Positions 26,640-40,898 of a stretch of 64,000 bases of DNA are shown here, piece after piece. The stretch's first letter is position 1, and the number at the start of each line of letters is the position of its first letter. The DNA is from Macrostomum hystrix (taxonomy: Eukaryota; Animalia; Platyhelminthes): positions 6,944,001 to 7,008,000 of the forward strand of contig CATNEN010000025.1 in assembly GCA_950097015.1 (NCBI GenBank), read 5' to 3'. The translations under genes were made by a program, and so were the position numbers. Below the pieces are notes generated by a model. The model was not told where the DNA came from, did not search any database, and saw nothing but the letters and a program-made list of their open reading frames with translations.

Positions 26640-28405
26640 TTTATACTATTCTGAGCACAGTTCTACTCTTCAGAGCACAGTTCTACTATTCTGAGCACAG
26701 TTCTACATTTCAGAGCACAGTTCTACTATTCTGAGCACAGTTCTACTCCTCAGAGCACAGTTCTACTATTCTGAGCACAGTTCTACTCCTCAGAGCACAG
26801 TTCTACATTTCAGAGCACAGTTCTACTATTCTGAGCACAGTTCTACATTTCAGAGCACAGTTCTACTCTCCTGAGCACAGTTCTACTCTTCAGAGCACAG
26901 TTCTACCATTCTGAGCACAGTTCTACATTTCAGAGCACAGCTCTACTTTTCAGAGCACAGTTCTACTTTTCAGAACTCAGTTCTACTCTTCAGAGCACAG
27001 TTCTACTCTTAAGAGCACAGTTCTACTCTTCAGAGCACAGTTCTACTCTTAAGAGCACAGTTCTACTCTTCAGAGCACAGTTCTACTCTTCAAAGCACAG
27101 TTATGCTATTCTGAGCACAGTTCTACTCTTCAGAGCACAGTTCTACTCTTAAGAGCACAGTTCTACTCTTCAGAGCACAGTTCTACCATTCTGAGCACAG
27201 TTCTACATTTCAGAGCACAGCTCTACTTTTCAGAGCACAGTTCTACTTTTCAGAACTCAGTTCTACTCTTCAGAGCACAGTTCTACTCTTAAGAGCACAG
27301 TTCTACTCTTCAGAGCACAGTTCTACTCTTAAGAGCACAGTTCTACTCTTCAGAGCACAGTTCTACTCTTCAAAGCACAGTTATGCAATTCTGAGCACAG
27401 TTCTACTCTTCAGAGCTCAGTTCTACTCTTAAGAGCACAGTTCTACTTTTAAGAGCACAGTTCTACTCTTCAGAGCACAGTTCTACTTTTCAGAGCACAG
27501 TTCTACTCTTAAGAGCACAGTTCTACTTTTCAGAGCACAGTTCTACTCTTCAGAGCACAGTTCTACTCTTAAGAGCACAGTTCTACTCTTCAGAGCACAG
27601 TTCTACTCTTCAGAAGTCAGTTCTACTCTTCAGAGCACAGTTCTACTCTTCAGAGCACAGTTCTGCTCTTCAGAGCACAGTTCTACTCTTAAGAGCACAG
27701 TTCTACTCTTCACAGCACAGTTCTACTCTTCAGAACTCAGTTCTACTCTTAAGAGCACAGTTCTACTCTTCAGAGCACAGTTCTTTTCAGAGCACAGTTC
27801 TACTTTTCAGAGCACAGTTCTACTCTAAAGAGCACAGTTCTACTCTTCAGAGCACAGTTCTACTCTTCAGAGCACAGTTCTACACTTCAGAGCACAGTTC
27901 TACTCTTCAGAGCACAGTTCTGCTCTTCAGAGCACAGTTCTACTCTTTAGAGCACAGTTCTACTCTTCAGAGCACAATTATACTCTTCAAAGCACAGTTA
28001 TGCTATTCTGAGCACAGTTCTACTCTTCAGAGCACAGTTCTACTCTAAAGAGCACAGTTCTACTCTTCAGAGCACAGTTCTACTCTTCAGAGCACAGTTC
28101 TGCTCTTCAGAGCACAGTTCTACTCTTTAGAGCACAGTTCTACTCTTCAGAGCACAGTTCTACTCTTTAGAGCACAGTTCTACTCTTCAGAGCACAGTTA
28201 TACTCTTCAAAGCACAGTTATGCTATTCTGAGCACAGTTCTACTCTTCAGAGCACAGTTCTACTTTTCAGAGCACAGTTATACTCTTCAGAACTCAGTTC
28301 TACTCTTCAGAGCACAGTTATACTATTCTGAGCACAGTTCTACTCTTCTGAGCACAGTTCTACTCTTCAAAGCACAGTTATGCTATTCTGAGCACAGTTC
28401 TAAAA
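26640..28405. repeat. 20-bp minisatellite
   Basis: cagagcacagttctactctt, with a 280-bp higher-order duplication. Confidence 0.96.
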
Positions 28406-29274
28406 ATGATTTCTTCTGATCGCCATCTGTGCACAATGCTGATTCTATTCTCAAAGCAGTCGAGACAGTTCCCTGAGCACAATGTTAAATTTTTCTCAAT
28501 AATGAATCTCAAGATAAGGCGGAGGAATATAGATAAAAACATTTGGTTGAATTTCCGAATTTTCCTTGACTCATCTTCAAGAATAGGAGGAGCGTAGCAG
28601 GGCTAGATCCGTTTAATAACTTGCTGCCCGCAGAGGGACCTGATGCCTCTGTTTGAGAGCTGTCACACCGCCTGTCAGGAATTCTGAAGAAGTTTAATCG
28701 AATTGAAGCTATAAGAATCGAATGATCCCAGAAATCTTACGATCGTAGCGCAGCCTTTAAAACCTTTTCAGGCTTACCTGGGCCGTTTCTTATCTGTTCA
28801 TATCCCACACCGAGTATAGAGTCGAAAACCTGCATTGGTGGGCCAATCTGTTGTTTGTATACGAGTTTGGTTCCCATTGTGAAGTGCAGGGACTTCCATG
28901 GGGCACGGATCGGCCGGCGGTTGCGTGGGAAGAAATTTTTCCTTTATCCAGTTCTTTGCTCAGCTCGGAGCTCAGACTCCAAGCCCAATCTAGCTCATTG
29001 CGAACCAGCTATTTTGAAAAGAAAATACTCTTCTAAGTAAGATAAGGAATCACCCCCGACGGAGCCGACTATGCGATTTTGTACAACTGAAATTAATAAT
29101 ATAGAGAGGATCAAACATTTGCCGACGAAGCGCGGTGGTGGGTCGAAACTGGAAAATACAATCAAAATAACTCTGAGTACAGCGCGTTGACACCGTAAAA
29201 TTAAATTCCTATCCCATTCTTATTTGATTAAAATCGATAGAAATTAGTATAACTAGTATAGGACGCTGGTTGTC

Positions 29275-29340
29275 TCCCTTGGATGAAATCGAACTCCCGA
29301 CCCTCCGGTCGGAAGTGCGAAGTTCTAACCTCTAGGTGAA
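29275..29340 (-). mobile_element. tRNA-derived SINE head fragment
   Basis: Reverse complement cctagaggttag...ggtcgggagttcgattt contains A- and B-box-like motifs but lacks a full cloverleaf. Confidence 0.55.
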
Positions 29341-30553
29341 ATGCTCCCTTCATTTAATGAAATTTGAAATTTGAAATTTAGAAATCAAAATTTTATTTAC
29401 ATTACAACGCAAGTCTTAACAGCAAAAAATTCTGATTGGTTAGAGATTCGCTATTTTTAGACTATGTTCAGGAATCCCACTTTAACCAACCCCAACCCAA
29501 GTGCGTGACTCACACGACGGCCAATAGAAAGCCTCGAATTATAATTTGCGCGCCACGCATGTCCATGTTAATCTTACTGAGGGAGAATCTCAGCAGCTCT
29601 CATTGACACAGATTTTGTCTTGTCTAACCGGTCATGTCTCCCCCCACAATGACAGCCCGCCGAGCTGAGTCGCTCCTGATTGGACCAATTTCCCACTGTA
29701 GGCCGAAATTCTGACGTAGAAGCAAAATGACTCCTTTGGCTCGAGTGGCACTCTGTACGAGATCGAATCCTTTCTTTTTACTTATTCTTCCCTTTGTCCT
29801 CGGCTCCTTGCTGCGTTGCTTCCCTTTCTGGCGACTCGCGACCTGCAGGACCCCCTCACTTTCCGTTCCGTCGTGTTTTTTCTCAATTAAACGGAGCTTC
29901 AGCTCTCTTTCCTCAAGGAAATTCGCTTTGTTCCTCACTGGCTAGTCGTCCACCTCCGAACTGCCCCCAACCTCACCCCAAGCCGGACGAGTAGTAAATC
30001 TCTTCCCCCATTCAAACACTCCTCATCTCGGGCTCATTGTTTGTGTAAAACACAGATAGAGATAGAGAATAGACGAGAGGCCGCACCAGTCATAAAGCCC
30101 CGACGCTCTCCCCAGGCCTTTCGGGTGAGGAGACGCAAAGAAAAGGGGAAGAGAGACAGAGAGGAGAGCGATAGGAAAAAAGGAACAAAAAGGAGAGGAA
30201 ATTTAAAAAGGCATTTTTTCAGTCTTTCCCAGTCGGAGAGCTAATTTCTTAACTGCCTGAAAAGCGAAGCCTAGTTTGTCTAGTCTCTTTGCCAATTTCT
30301 ACCCCCCCAACTGTGCTGCCAGCTCGCATTCTCAAATCAAGACCAAGGACGAGCAGTTTAGTTGTAGTATAGACATTGTGATCGATCTTCGATCCGGTTG
30401 TCTCTGTTTCCTTTCCCTTCCTGCTCGCTTGAATAGCTAATCCAGACATTTCATTTGTGCACTCAACTAGACCCTACCAGACCCAACACCAATTACTGCT
30501 GCCACCCGCGGACAATGCAGGTTTGCCGAACCAGCAGCAGCAGCAGCAGCAGA

Positions 30554-33500
30554 ATGTCTTCGAAGCGGAAAACTTCGGCGCCGAATCGTCTACTGCTTGG
30601 CGGGGTCAAACCTTCAGCCGCTGTTGTCAAGCCGGCTCCACCGAGCAGCCGCGCCAGTCCAGCGTTTGTTGTCGCCTCAGCTGCCGAGGCCTCTTCGTCA
30701 GATTTCTCGTCGCCAGCTGGCAGCCCGCAGGCGGCGTCGCCGGCGATGACAGCGACTGCAACGACGGAGCAGCTTCCGATGGCGTCGGCCACGCCCGCTC
30801 AGCTGGCGCAGTGGCTGCAGGAGACTCGCTTCGCCGACTGCGGCGACGCTGAGCAGCTCCGCTACCTTGACGAGCTGCTCAGCCAATTGGCGCAGCTCAG
30901 GGCGCAGCTCTGCCTCCGGGTTGGAGGCGGCACGATAGCTCTGCCACTGGTGAGTGCGAGGGCTGCTGATCTTTTTCATTATACGGAATGCCTGGCTTTC
31001 ACATGCATCAACTTTGTAACTTTATGGACGAGTCAAATGGGGGGTCGGTAGCAGAGCGGTTAACGCTTTTGCCTCTCGCACCACGGTCCCTGAGTTCGAT
31101 TCCACGGCGAGGCCATATTTATTTGGAGCGCAGCAGCGGAAGAGAAGGCTTTGGGGGCTTGTCGTGCAATTTACGCCCTTGAGGGCCAACCTCCAAGGCA
31201 CTGTGAAATGTACACTGACTGACGATCAGAAAGTCAGGGCAGATCTTCACACCTGTGTGAGTGTGTGCCTGCGTACAAAATCTGTGTGCGTGTGTGCTCG
31301 GGAGTCCGCGAAATGGGCAGAAATGCCTCCTCGCTAGCTGCGGGTCTTGTGTCACGAAATGATGTGCCATTACCCCCAGCCCTCCTGCAATTATAATATA
31401 CTTGTATATATATGGAGGAGTCAAATAATATCAGGGATACAGAGTGCTTGAGGATCAGAATGGATGGGGATCAGGGTGGGTCATGGGATCAGAGTGGGTC
31501 ATGGGATCAGAGTGGGTCATGGGATCAGAGCGGGTTCTGGGATCAAAGCGGGTCTGGGGATCAGAGTGAGTCAGGGGATCAGAGTGGGTCAGGGGATCAG
31601 AGTGGGTCAGGGGAGCAGAGTGGATGGGATCAAAGAGGATCAAGGTGCCAAGGAGTTGGGAATCTATCGAATTCAGAATTGTAGTTGGGATAGTTTCTGA
31701 GTTGCCCTGAACTGCGAGTCAGTGAGAGACAGGTCAGTTGTTTTATGAAATAAGATTTTTTTCCGCGAAAAAATTGTTAATTAATTTTTTCTAAGAATTG
31801 CCTTGCTGATTTTTGCATAGCGTGGGAACCATTTTGGAATATAGGAGAATACTAATAGCCAGGCTATTGTGGAGCTTGCTGGTTTTGTTCCAAGAGCTGA
31901 AAAAAGGCTAAAAGAGAAAGAAAGAAGAGAGAATAGTGAGGTGAAGTGAACTAGATCTGAGAGACAGGCAGAAATGGAGAAATGGATATAGTGAAGCTTG
32001 AGGCCACCTGTTCGATAGGGCGGCCTCCCTGCTAGAGGCAAGACAGAAAGAAATCGAGGCAAAAATTAAAACAAAAAGGAAGAGAAAATAAGAAGAATTC
32101 GAGTGCCTGGTGCCAGCAACAGCAATGGCTGGGTGGCTTTGGGTTTTGTGGGGCCTGAACTGAATGAAAACTAATTCTTACACTCCCACCCCCCTATCTG
32201 CCAGCATGTCTGCCTATCTTGGCAATAGCAGAACCTGTAACTCGAGACAGGAATTGTAAGCCTCGTTCAAATGCTGCAGTAATAAGGGGCTGGTCAAGGT
32301 GCCGCACAACAACACCACAATGCCTATTGATAAAGGCCTGAATGCTGAATCGTTCGGCTTCATAAGTATAAAGGTCGAGTCTAAGCTAAGGCTTGACAAC
32401 AACACAAACCAGTAGATTCACAACAACACAAACCAGTACAGTCACAACAGCAGACACCAGTACAGTCACAACAGCACACACCAGTACAGTCACAACAGCA
32501 CACACCAGTACAGTCACAACAGCACACACCAGTACAGTCACAACAGCACACACCAGTACAGTCACAACAGCACACACCAGTACAGTCACAACAGCACACA
32601 CCAGTACAGTCACAACAGCACACACCAGTACAGTCACAACAGCACACACCAGTACAGTCACAACAGCACACACCAGTACAGTCACAGCAGCACACACCAG
32701 TACAGTCACAACAGCACACACCAGTACAGTCACAGCAGCACACACCAGTACAGTCACAGCAGCACACACCAGTACAGTCACAACAGCACACACCAGTACA
32801 GTCACAGCAGCACACACCAGTACAGTCACAACAGCACACACCAGTACAGTCACAACAGCACACACCAGTACAGTCACAACAGCACACACCAGTACAGTCA
32901 CAATAGCACACACCAGCAGATTCACAACAGCACACACCAGTACAGTCACAACAGCACACACCAGTACAGTCACAGCAGCACACACCAGTACAGTCACAGC
33001 AGCACACACCAGTACAGTCACAGCATCACACACCAGTACAGTCACAGCAGCACACACCAGTACAGTCACAGCAGCACACACCAGTACAGTCACAGCAGCA
33101 CACACCAGTACAGTCACAACAGCACAAACCAGCAGATTCACAATGATACCATCCCGAAACTTCACCAGAACAAAAACTCGAAACTTGACAATAGCCTAGT
33201 CATTCGGTGGCCCACACAGGCGACCATGACTCACATTTAAAGAGACACAGATAATAACAACAGGAACAGGAACAAAGAAGCAAGCAGACCGAATGCATCT
33301 GCTTGGGTTGCTGCCATGGAAAAGAAAAATATTTACACGACAGTTGGCCAAACAATTACCTTCCATCCCTCTATCCTAATTTTCTTAGCGATCCAATGCC
33401 CCGGGGATTTCTATTTTTAAGACTCCATCGTCTAAGAGCCTTTGTCTGAAAGATGCTATCTTTCGCCAATTTTATCGCAAACTTTTGTCAGCTTTTTTTT

Positions 33501-36500
33501 AGTTTTCCAGCGTAGAGTTTTGCTATGGCATTTATTAGTTGCTATTTGGCACGCATTTTATTGCAGGTTCAAATTTGTTTTCTTCTAAAAATGTTGTCGA
33601 AACTCCCTACCTGTCATTCACTGATAATTCACCTTGATGCCTGGTCTAATTACATCAGTTCTTGGAATGCTGCCCTCACACTGTCTACTTCTCTACTTTA
33701 TTCACACCAACTACGCGCCTCTCCTTCTCTCTACCCTCCTTTCTTCTACCCTCCTCTCCTCCACTCTACCCTCCACTCCTTCACTCTACCCTCCTCTCCC
33801 TCCCTCTACCCTCCTCTCCTTCCCTCTACCCTCCACTCCTTCACTCTTCTCTCCTCTTCTTCCCTCTACCCTCCTCTCCTTTTCTCTACCCTCCTCCCCT
33901 TCCCTCTTCTCTCCTCTTCTTCCCTCTACCCTCCTCTCCTTTTCTCTACCCTCCTCCCCTTCCCTCTTCTCTCCTCTTCTTCCCTCTACCCTCCTCTCCT
34001 TTTCTCTACCCTCCTCTTCTTCCCTCTACCCTCTTCTCCTTTTCTCTACCCTCCTCCCCTTCCCTCTTCTCTCCTCTCCTCCCCTCTACCCTCCTCCCCT
34101 TCCCTCTTCTCTCCTCTTCTTCCCTCTACCCTCCTCTCCTTTTCTCTACCCTCCTCCCCTTCCCTCTTCTCTCCTCTTCTTCCCTCTACCCTCCTCTCCT
34201 TTTCTCTACCCTCCTCCCCTTCCCTCTTCTCTCCTCTTCTTCCCTCTACCCTCCTCTCCTTTTCTCTACCCTCCTCTTCTTCCCTCTACCCTCTTCTCCT
34301 TTTCTCTACCCTCCTCCCCTTCCCTCTTCTCTCCTCTCCTCCCCTCTACCCTCCTCCCCTTCCCTCTTCTCTCCTCTTCTTCCCTCTACCCTGCTCTCCT
34401 TTTCTCTACCCTCCTCTTCTTCCCTCTACCCTCTTCTCCTTTTCTCTACCCTCCTCTTCTTTCCTCTACCTTTCTCTCCTTCCCTCCACCTTCTTCCCAG
34501 ATATTCTCATCTCCTCTGCATTTCGCATCTCACCCTGTCTGTATTACTGAGTCCAATATTACGGCAATCAGGAAGGCTAACAATGATTTGCGCAGCAGAT
34601 CAAGATCGACCAAACCGATCTTTATTACTTCTCTGATATAATAGCTATGTTTTAATTCCCTGCTGAACGGCTGCATTCCCTACCCGGAATTCTCCAGTCA
34701 GTGCGGCTGAGTCAACAGCGACAAACCATTCTCATTCTCTCCCCTGTCTTCTCAATGAGAGCTAGCTAGATAATGGAGTGCAGTACAAATGCATATGCTT
34801 GTGTGTATAACACTTGTGCAGGTTGTACTCTCCTTCGGGTGAAAGTGATCCCCACTTTGGCCGAACCCCGCCTCCTCTCCATTCGATCGTATCCAAAAAT
34901 TGACCCCAAGAATACGAGAGAGAGAGAGACGAGGGAAAAACTTAAGAGGGTAGCGGTCGTAGGGGGTTGTTGTGGGTCAATGCGAGCATGCATTCGAAAT
35001 CAATTAGTGGAATTGATTTACAACTTTACGTTGCTCCGTGACTCCATTCCATTTTTGACTAATATCTGACTTACTGCGCGTGGTGGGTGCGAGGAACTCA
35101 TACCGGGCAATATCTGTCTGTCTGCCTTTCAGTTTGTCTGTATCTCTCTCCGAATCTTTCTGTTTTTATCTGTCTGTCTCTCTTTCTGTCCTTACCTGTC
35201 TCTACTTGTCTGTCTGTCTGTCTCTCTTTCTGTCCTTACCTGTCTCTACTTGTCTGTCTGTCTGTCTCTCTTTCTGTCCTTACCTGTCTCTACTTGTCTG
35301 TCTGTCTGTCTCTCTTTCTGTCCTTACCTGTCTCTACTTGTCTGTCTGTCTCTCCTTCTGTCCTTACCTGTCTCAGCGTGTCTCTGTCTGTCTCTCCTTC
35401 TGTCCTTACCTGTCTCTACTTGTCTGTCTGTCTCTCTTTCTGTCCTTACCTGTCTCTACTTGTCTGTCTGTCTGTCTCTCTTTCTGTCCTTACCTGTCTC
35501 TACTTGTCTGTCTGTCTCTCCTTCTGTCCTTACCTGTCTCAGCGTGTCTCTGTCTGTCTGTCTGTCTCTGTCTTTTCTAGTAGCTTTGTGTTTCTGTTCG
35601 TTCGTCATTTTTGTTATCCTCTTATCTCGTTTAGGCAAACCAGTTAAAGTTGCTAAAATTTAACAGACTCAAGTTGTGACGTGTGCCCTCGCTGATGCCC
35701 ACAGAATGAATGCTTGGCTTAAATTCGTAGATTTATCCAATGTCGAGAAGCCAGCCATCTGTTAGGCAGTCTTCCGTCTGCCACACAGTCAGATGCGGCA
35801 CATGCTCTTTCATTTTTCCGTTAAGATTTCTTGAAACAAAGACTCCCAGATGTAAATAAAGACCCTTCAGTCGGCGTCTATTCGACTGTCTCAGGTGTTT
35901 CATTGTTTTAATTCATGCTATACAGGCTATACCTTTTATTGCCGATTTCAAGATCAAGATTATAATTCAAGAAATAATTAAACGCCAGCCATTTGAGACT
36001 ATTTCTGGTCTATTTAAAAGCAAAGAATATCAAGTTCAAAATATAAGTGGCAGATGGATGGTGTATGATTCTAAATAGGTTTAATATGTTGGTACGAGAT
36101 AGTAAGTAGATTGTAAGCTGGCAGGTGGCATGAAGCACTGAAGCAGGGTTAGTAGGCTGGCAGGTGGCATGAAGCAGGGTTAGTAGGCTGGCAGGTGGCA
36201 TGAAGCAGGGCTAGTAGGCTGGCAGATGGCATGAAGCAGGGTTAGTAGGCTGGCAGGTGGCATGAAGCAGGGCTAGTAGGCTGGCAGATGACATGAAGCA
36301 GGGCTAGTAGGCTGGCAGGTGGCATGAAGCAGGGTTAGTAGGCTGGCAGGTGGCATGAAGCAGGGTTAGTAGGCTGGCAGATGGCATGAAGCAGGGCTAG
36401 TAGGCTGGCAGGTGGCATGAAGCAGGGCTAGTAGGCTGGCAGATGACATGAAGCAGGGCTAGTAGGCTGGCAGATGGCATGAAGCAGGGCTAGTAGGCTG

Positions 36501-39500
36501 GCAGGTGGCATGAAGCAGGGTTAGTAGACTGGCAGATGGCATGAAGCAGGGTTAGTAGACTGGCAGGTGGCATGAAGCAGGGTTAGTAGACTGGCAGATG
36601 GCATGAAGCAGGGTTAGTAGACTGGCAGGTGGCATGAAGCAGGGTTAGTAGGCTGGCAGGTGGCATGAAGCAGGGTTAGTAGACTGGCAGATGGCATGAA
36701 GCAGGGTTAGTAGACTGGCAGATGGCATGAAGCAGGGTTAGTAGGCTGGCAGATGGCATGAAGCAGGGTTAGTAGGCTGGCAGATGGCATGAAGCAGGGT
36801 TAGTAGGCTGGCAGATGGCATGAAGCAGGGTTAGTAGGCTGGCAGGTGGCATGAAGCAGGGTTAGTAGACTGGCAGATGGCATGAAGCAGGGTTAGTAGG
36901 CTGGCAGATGGCATGAAGCAGGGTTAGTAGGCTGGCAGATGGCATGAAGCAGGGTTAGTAGGCTGGCAGATGGCATGAAGCAGGGTTAGTAGGCTGGCAG
37001 ATGGCATGAAGCAGGGTTAGTAGGCTGGCAGGTGGCATGAAGCAGGGTTAGTAGACTGGCAGATGACATGAAGCAGGGCTAGTAGGCTGGCAGATGGCAT
37101 GAAGCAGGGTTAGTCGGCTGGCAGATGGCATGAAGCAGGGTTAGTAGGGTAGAGCAGTAGAGCAGAAAGATAGGCAGGGCATCTGATGGCCTTCATCCAA
37201 AGCTAGTGTCTGCGCCTGGCTGTCTGCAGCAACCAGCTCAGAAATCACGAACTGAGCTGGTTGAGGGACAGAGCCGAGTTCCAGACTGGCTGATCCAATG
37301 TCTCTCTCACAGTCTCTGTCCTCTCCCAGTTTATATTTTGGCGCACGTCGCGGTGATTACCATCGTGACTGCAGAAACTGTCTCCTAGGCTAAAATAGAA
37401 TCATGCAGCCGCTCGCGGCCTCATTTTCTATTTAGATTGCTTTCCAAAAAGTCGAACAAACTATAACATTACTCGCATAGTGTTTTAGAGAAAATCTCTT
37501 TATAATAGGCCCTGCCAACTGATTGCTCAAACACCTGTGCTCGAGGTTCGTAAATGCATATGCGATCCACAGATAGGGCATTTCCTGACCTGTACAAAAA
37601 TCGATGATACAGATTTAAAGGATATTTGAGACTGAAAGTCAAGACTGTCTTACGAACTCAACCACTGTGCTCAAGACTAAAACTAGCTACTGACCAACTA
37701 TTGACTGTTGACTGCCCAGATTCATATTTTCAGTTTATTCTAGCAGTTCTCAGCATTCTTATTCTGCTTGCGACCTGAGGTGACGTCACGGATTGACAGA
37801 CTGGGGCAACACGGTCACCCACACACACACACCTACACACACTCCCACACACAATGACCACACACTCATGCTATCGACTGCCAAAATCATCCACACACGC
37901 CCACAATCACCCACACGCTCCTATAATCACCCACACACTTCATAATCACCCACACACTCCCACGATCATCCACACACGCCCACAATCACCCACACACTCC
38001 TTTAATCACCCACACACTTCATAATCACCCACACACTCCCACAATCACCCACACATACCCACAATCACCCACACACTTCACAATCACCCACACACACCCA
38101 CAATCACCCACACACACCCACTATCACCCACACACACCCACAATCACCCACACACACCCACAATCACCCACCCACTTCACAATCACCCACACACACCCAC
38201 TATCACCCACACACACCCACAATCACCCACACACACCCACAATCACCCACCCACTTCACAATCACCCACACACACCCACTATCACCCACACACACCCACA
38301 ATCACCCACACACACCCACAATCACCCACACACACCCACAATCACCCACACACTTCACAATCACCCAGACACTCCTATAATCACCCACACACTTCACAAT
38401 CACCCACACACTCCTATAATCACCCACACGCTTCACAATCACCCACACACTCCTATAATCACCCACACACCCACAATCACTCACACACCCACAATCACTC
38501 ACACACCCACAATCACTCACACACCCACAATCACCCACACACCCACAATCACTCACACACTCCTATAATCACCCACACTCCCATAATCACACACACATTC
38601 CCACAATCACCCACACAATCACGCACAATCGCAAAATTGGTCCCTGTCCGAGCCGAGCAGAAAATGTGAGCTACAAGGGAGATAGCGAATGGCCCGGATG
38701 GGAGATGGGAAAAATTCAACGAATCGAACAGCTGCGGCTGTGGGGGGATATTTTTTATTCCTCAAAAGCATTCAATTGTGGCGTTGGTCTGCTGCTGCCG
38801 CTGCCGGGAGGGAGATGAGCAGAAAAGGAGTGTGAGAATGGCACCGATAACGGAGGGTTCGAGGTTAGAGGAAGAGAGAGTATTGAGGAATGAGTAAAGA
38901 ATCGTGAGCCTGCCCCGTCTGTCTTAATACAGAGCGGACGCTGGGATTCATGTGTGCGCCAGGGCCAGTCTTTCTTCATCTGCGACTGCTAAAAGGCCCC
39001 GAGGCTGTGCTCAGGAAACTCTTCCCTATCGACACCCACCCGCCCCCCATTCCCGGTTTTGTTGGAGTTCGAAGTAGGGCAGGCATGTGCAGATGTGATG
39101 GTGACTAACTGCGAGTCTGCCCCCCCTCAGTCTATACAAACTGTGCCGTTTCCACCAAAGCGAGTTTTCAACTGAAATATTTAGTATTAAAATTACAACA
39201 TAGAAATCTTCGCCTAGAGAATCGAACTCTCGACCTCTCTAAAATCTGGGCTACCAGCTGCACTTAAAGCTAATAGTTTCCATAATAAGCCATTGTCACT
39301 TAGGGGTTAAAGGTTAGTTTTTAGGGCGTTGGACTCTCGACTTGAAGGTCGGAGGTTCGATTCCCGACTCCACTGGTACAATTTGTGTCCTTTAGCAAGA
39401 CAGTTAACTCTCGTTTGCCTCTCGCGCCAAGGTCCCTGAGCTTGATTCCGTGGCGAGGCCACATTCAATTGGGGCGCAGCCGCAGAGGGAAGACTTGGGG

Positions 39501-39888
39501 GCTTGTCGTGCAATTTACACCATTGAAGGCCGACCTCCAAGGCACAGTAAGAGTGAGAAAGTCAGGGGAGATGTACACACCTGTGTGAGTGTGTGCCTGA
39601 GTACAGAGCGTGTGTGCTCAGGAGTTATTGCTGCCTCGCTGCCTGCGAGATTAGTGTCTCCAGATGATATGCCATTGCCAGCAGCTGTTAAATGGGTACC
39701 AGCATCAGCTGGGTAATTGAGGGTGGGTGTGGTGTCCCCCCCAGTCCATGGACTGAACAGTCGTACGCAGCCTTCAGATGCGCCGCGTTATAGCTGCGGC
39801 TGTGCTGTCGGCTGCACGTTTGTTACGAGTACAATCGGGGAAAGTTTAATGAATTATTTTTATGCAAATTATTATTGTTGTCATTGTC

Positions 39889-39920
<32 letters not shown>

Positions 39921-40864
39921 TTCAGCCCTGCATCACCAGCCAGCACCAGCTGTTCCTAGGCAGCCCCGGGGCCGGCGGCAACGGCATCGGCTGCATCATC
40001 GGCCTGCCGCGTCACCTGGACGTCAGCAGCATGGTGGCAGCCGCCGCGGCCGCCGCCGCAGCCGCCGACAACGGCAATAATACGCCGCTGAATTTGTCAC
40101 GACCAAGAACAACTGGCAAAGAGGCCGCCTCAGCAGACGATAGCAACGGCTTACATGTGAGCTCATAAGAATTTTATAGACCGATTTCTAATTGTATGAC
40201 GAGGCGCTTCCGCTTGTTCTGGGATACATAGTTGCTCGCATCATTTAACCCTATTTATAAATGGGTAGATTTTCCTTGGCTAATTTGAAAACATTCGCCC
40301 CGTTGCCCTGTCCCAGGATCTGTCTAAGCGGTCCAAATCCCAGCGCCAAGTTCGCACCCCACCTCCGGCTCACGGCCAGACCATTCCGCAGCAGCAGCAC
40401 CAGCAGCAGCAGCTGACAATTCCACAGACGCAGCTTCAGCAACAGCAGCAGCAGCATCAGCACTTCCTTCATCACCAGCAGCTGCCGCAGACAACAACAG
40501 TGTCGGCCATCACAGTGGACAGTCAGCAGGTGGCTGCGGCTAGCATTCTGGCAGCAGCCGGGCTGACCGTGCCGCAGCTGCTGTCACACCCAGGCCTAGC
40601 GGCTCTAAGGTGCGTACACGCGTCCACTACTACTGCTGCTAGCGTGAGTCAGTAGTGCAGTTCAAATATGCTTTAATTGATTCGCTTCCGTTCCTTTGCC
40701 ACCAGGTCGCCGGCTGTCACTCAGGCCACGCCGACCACCCAGCAGCTGCTGATCGCCGCTGCCGCCCACGGTGTCGCCCTGCCAAACGCGGCTCTGGCGC
40801 TCTACTCGCAGCCTGCCACTGTTCAGGTGCAGCCAGTGCACCAGCTATATCATCATTCGCACCT

Positions 40865-40898
<34 letters not shown>

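Noticed and set aside
31210-31245. CTGACGA...GAAA in SINE family A, resembling a hammerhead core
   Set aside because: Only 3 nt separate the two motifs (no stem II) and there is no UH cleavage triplet. CTGAC instead pairs with the downstream GTCAG, and the core is not conserved in the 58600 copy.
37206-37388. Possible extra SoxD exon after ctgcag at ~37225
   Set aside because: No SoxD-like sequence and no convincing in-frame donor.
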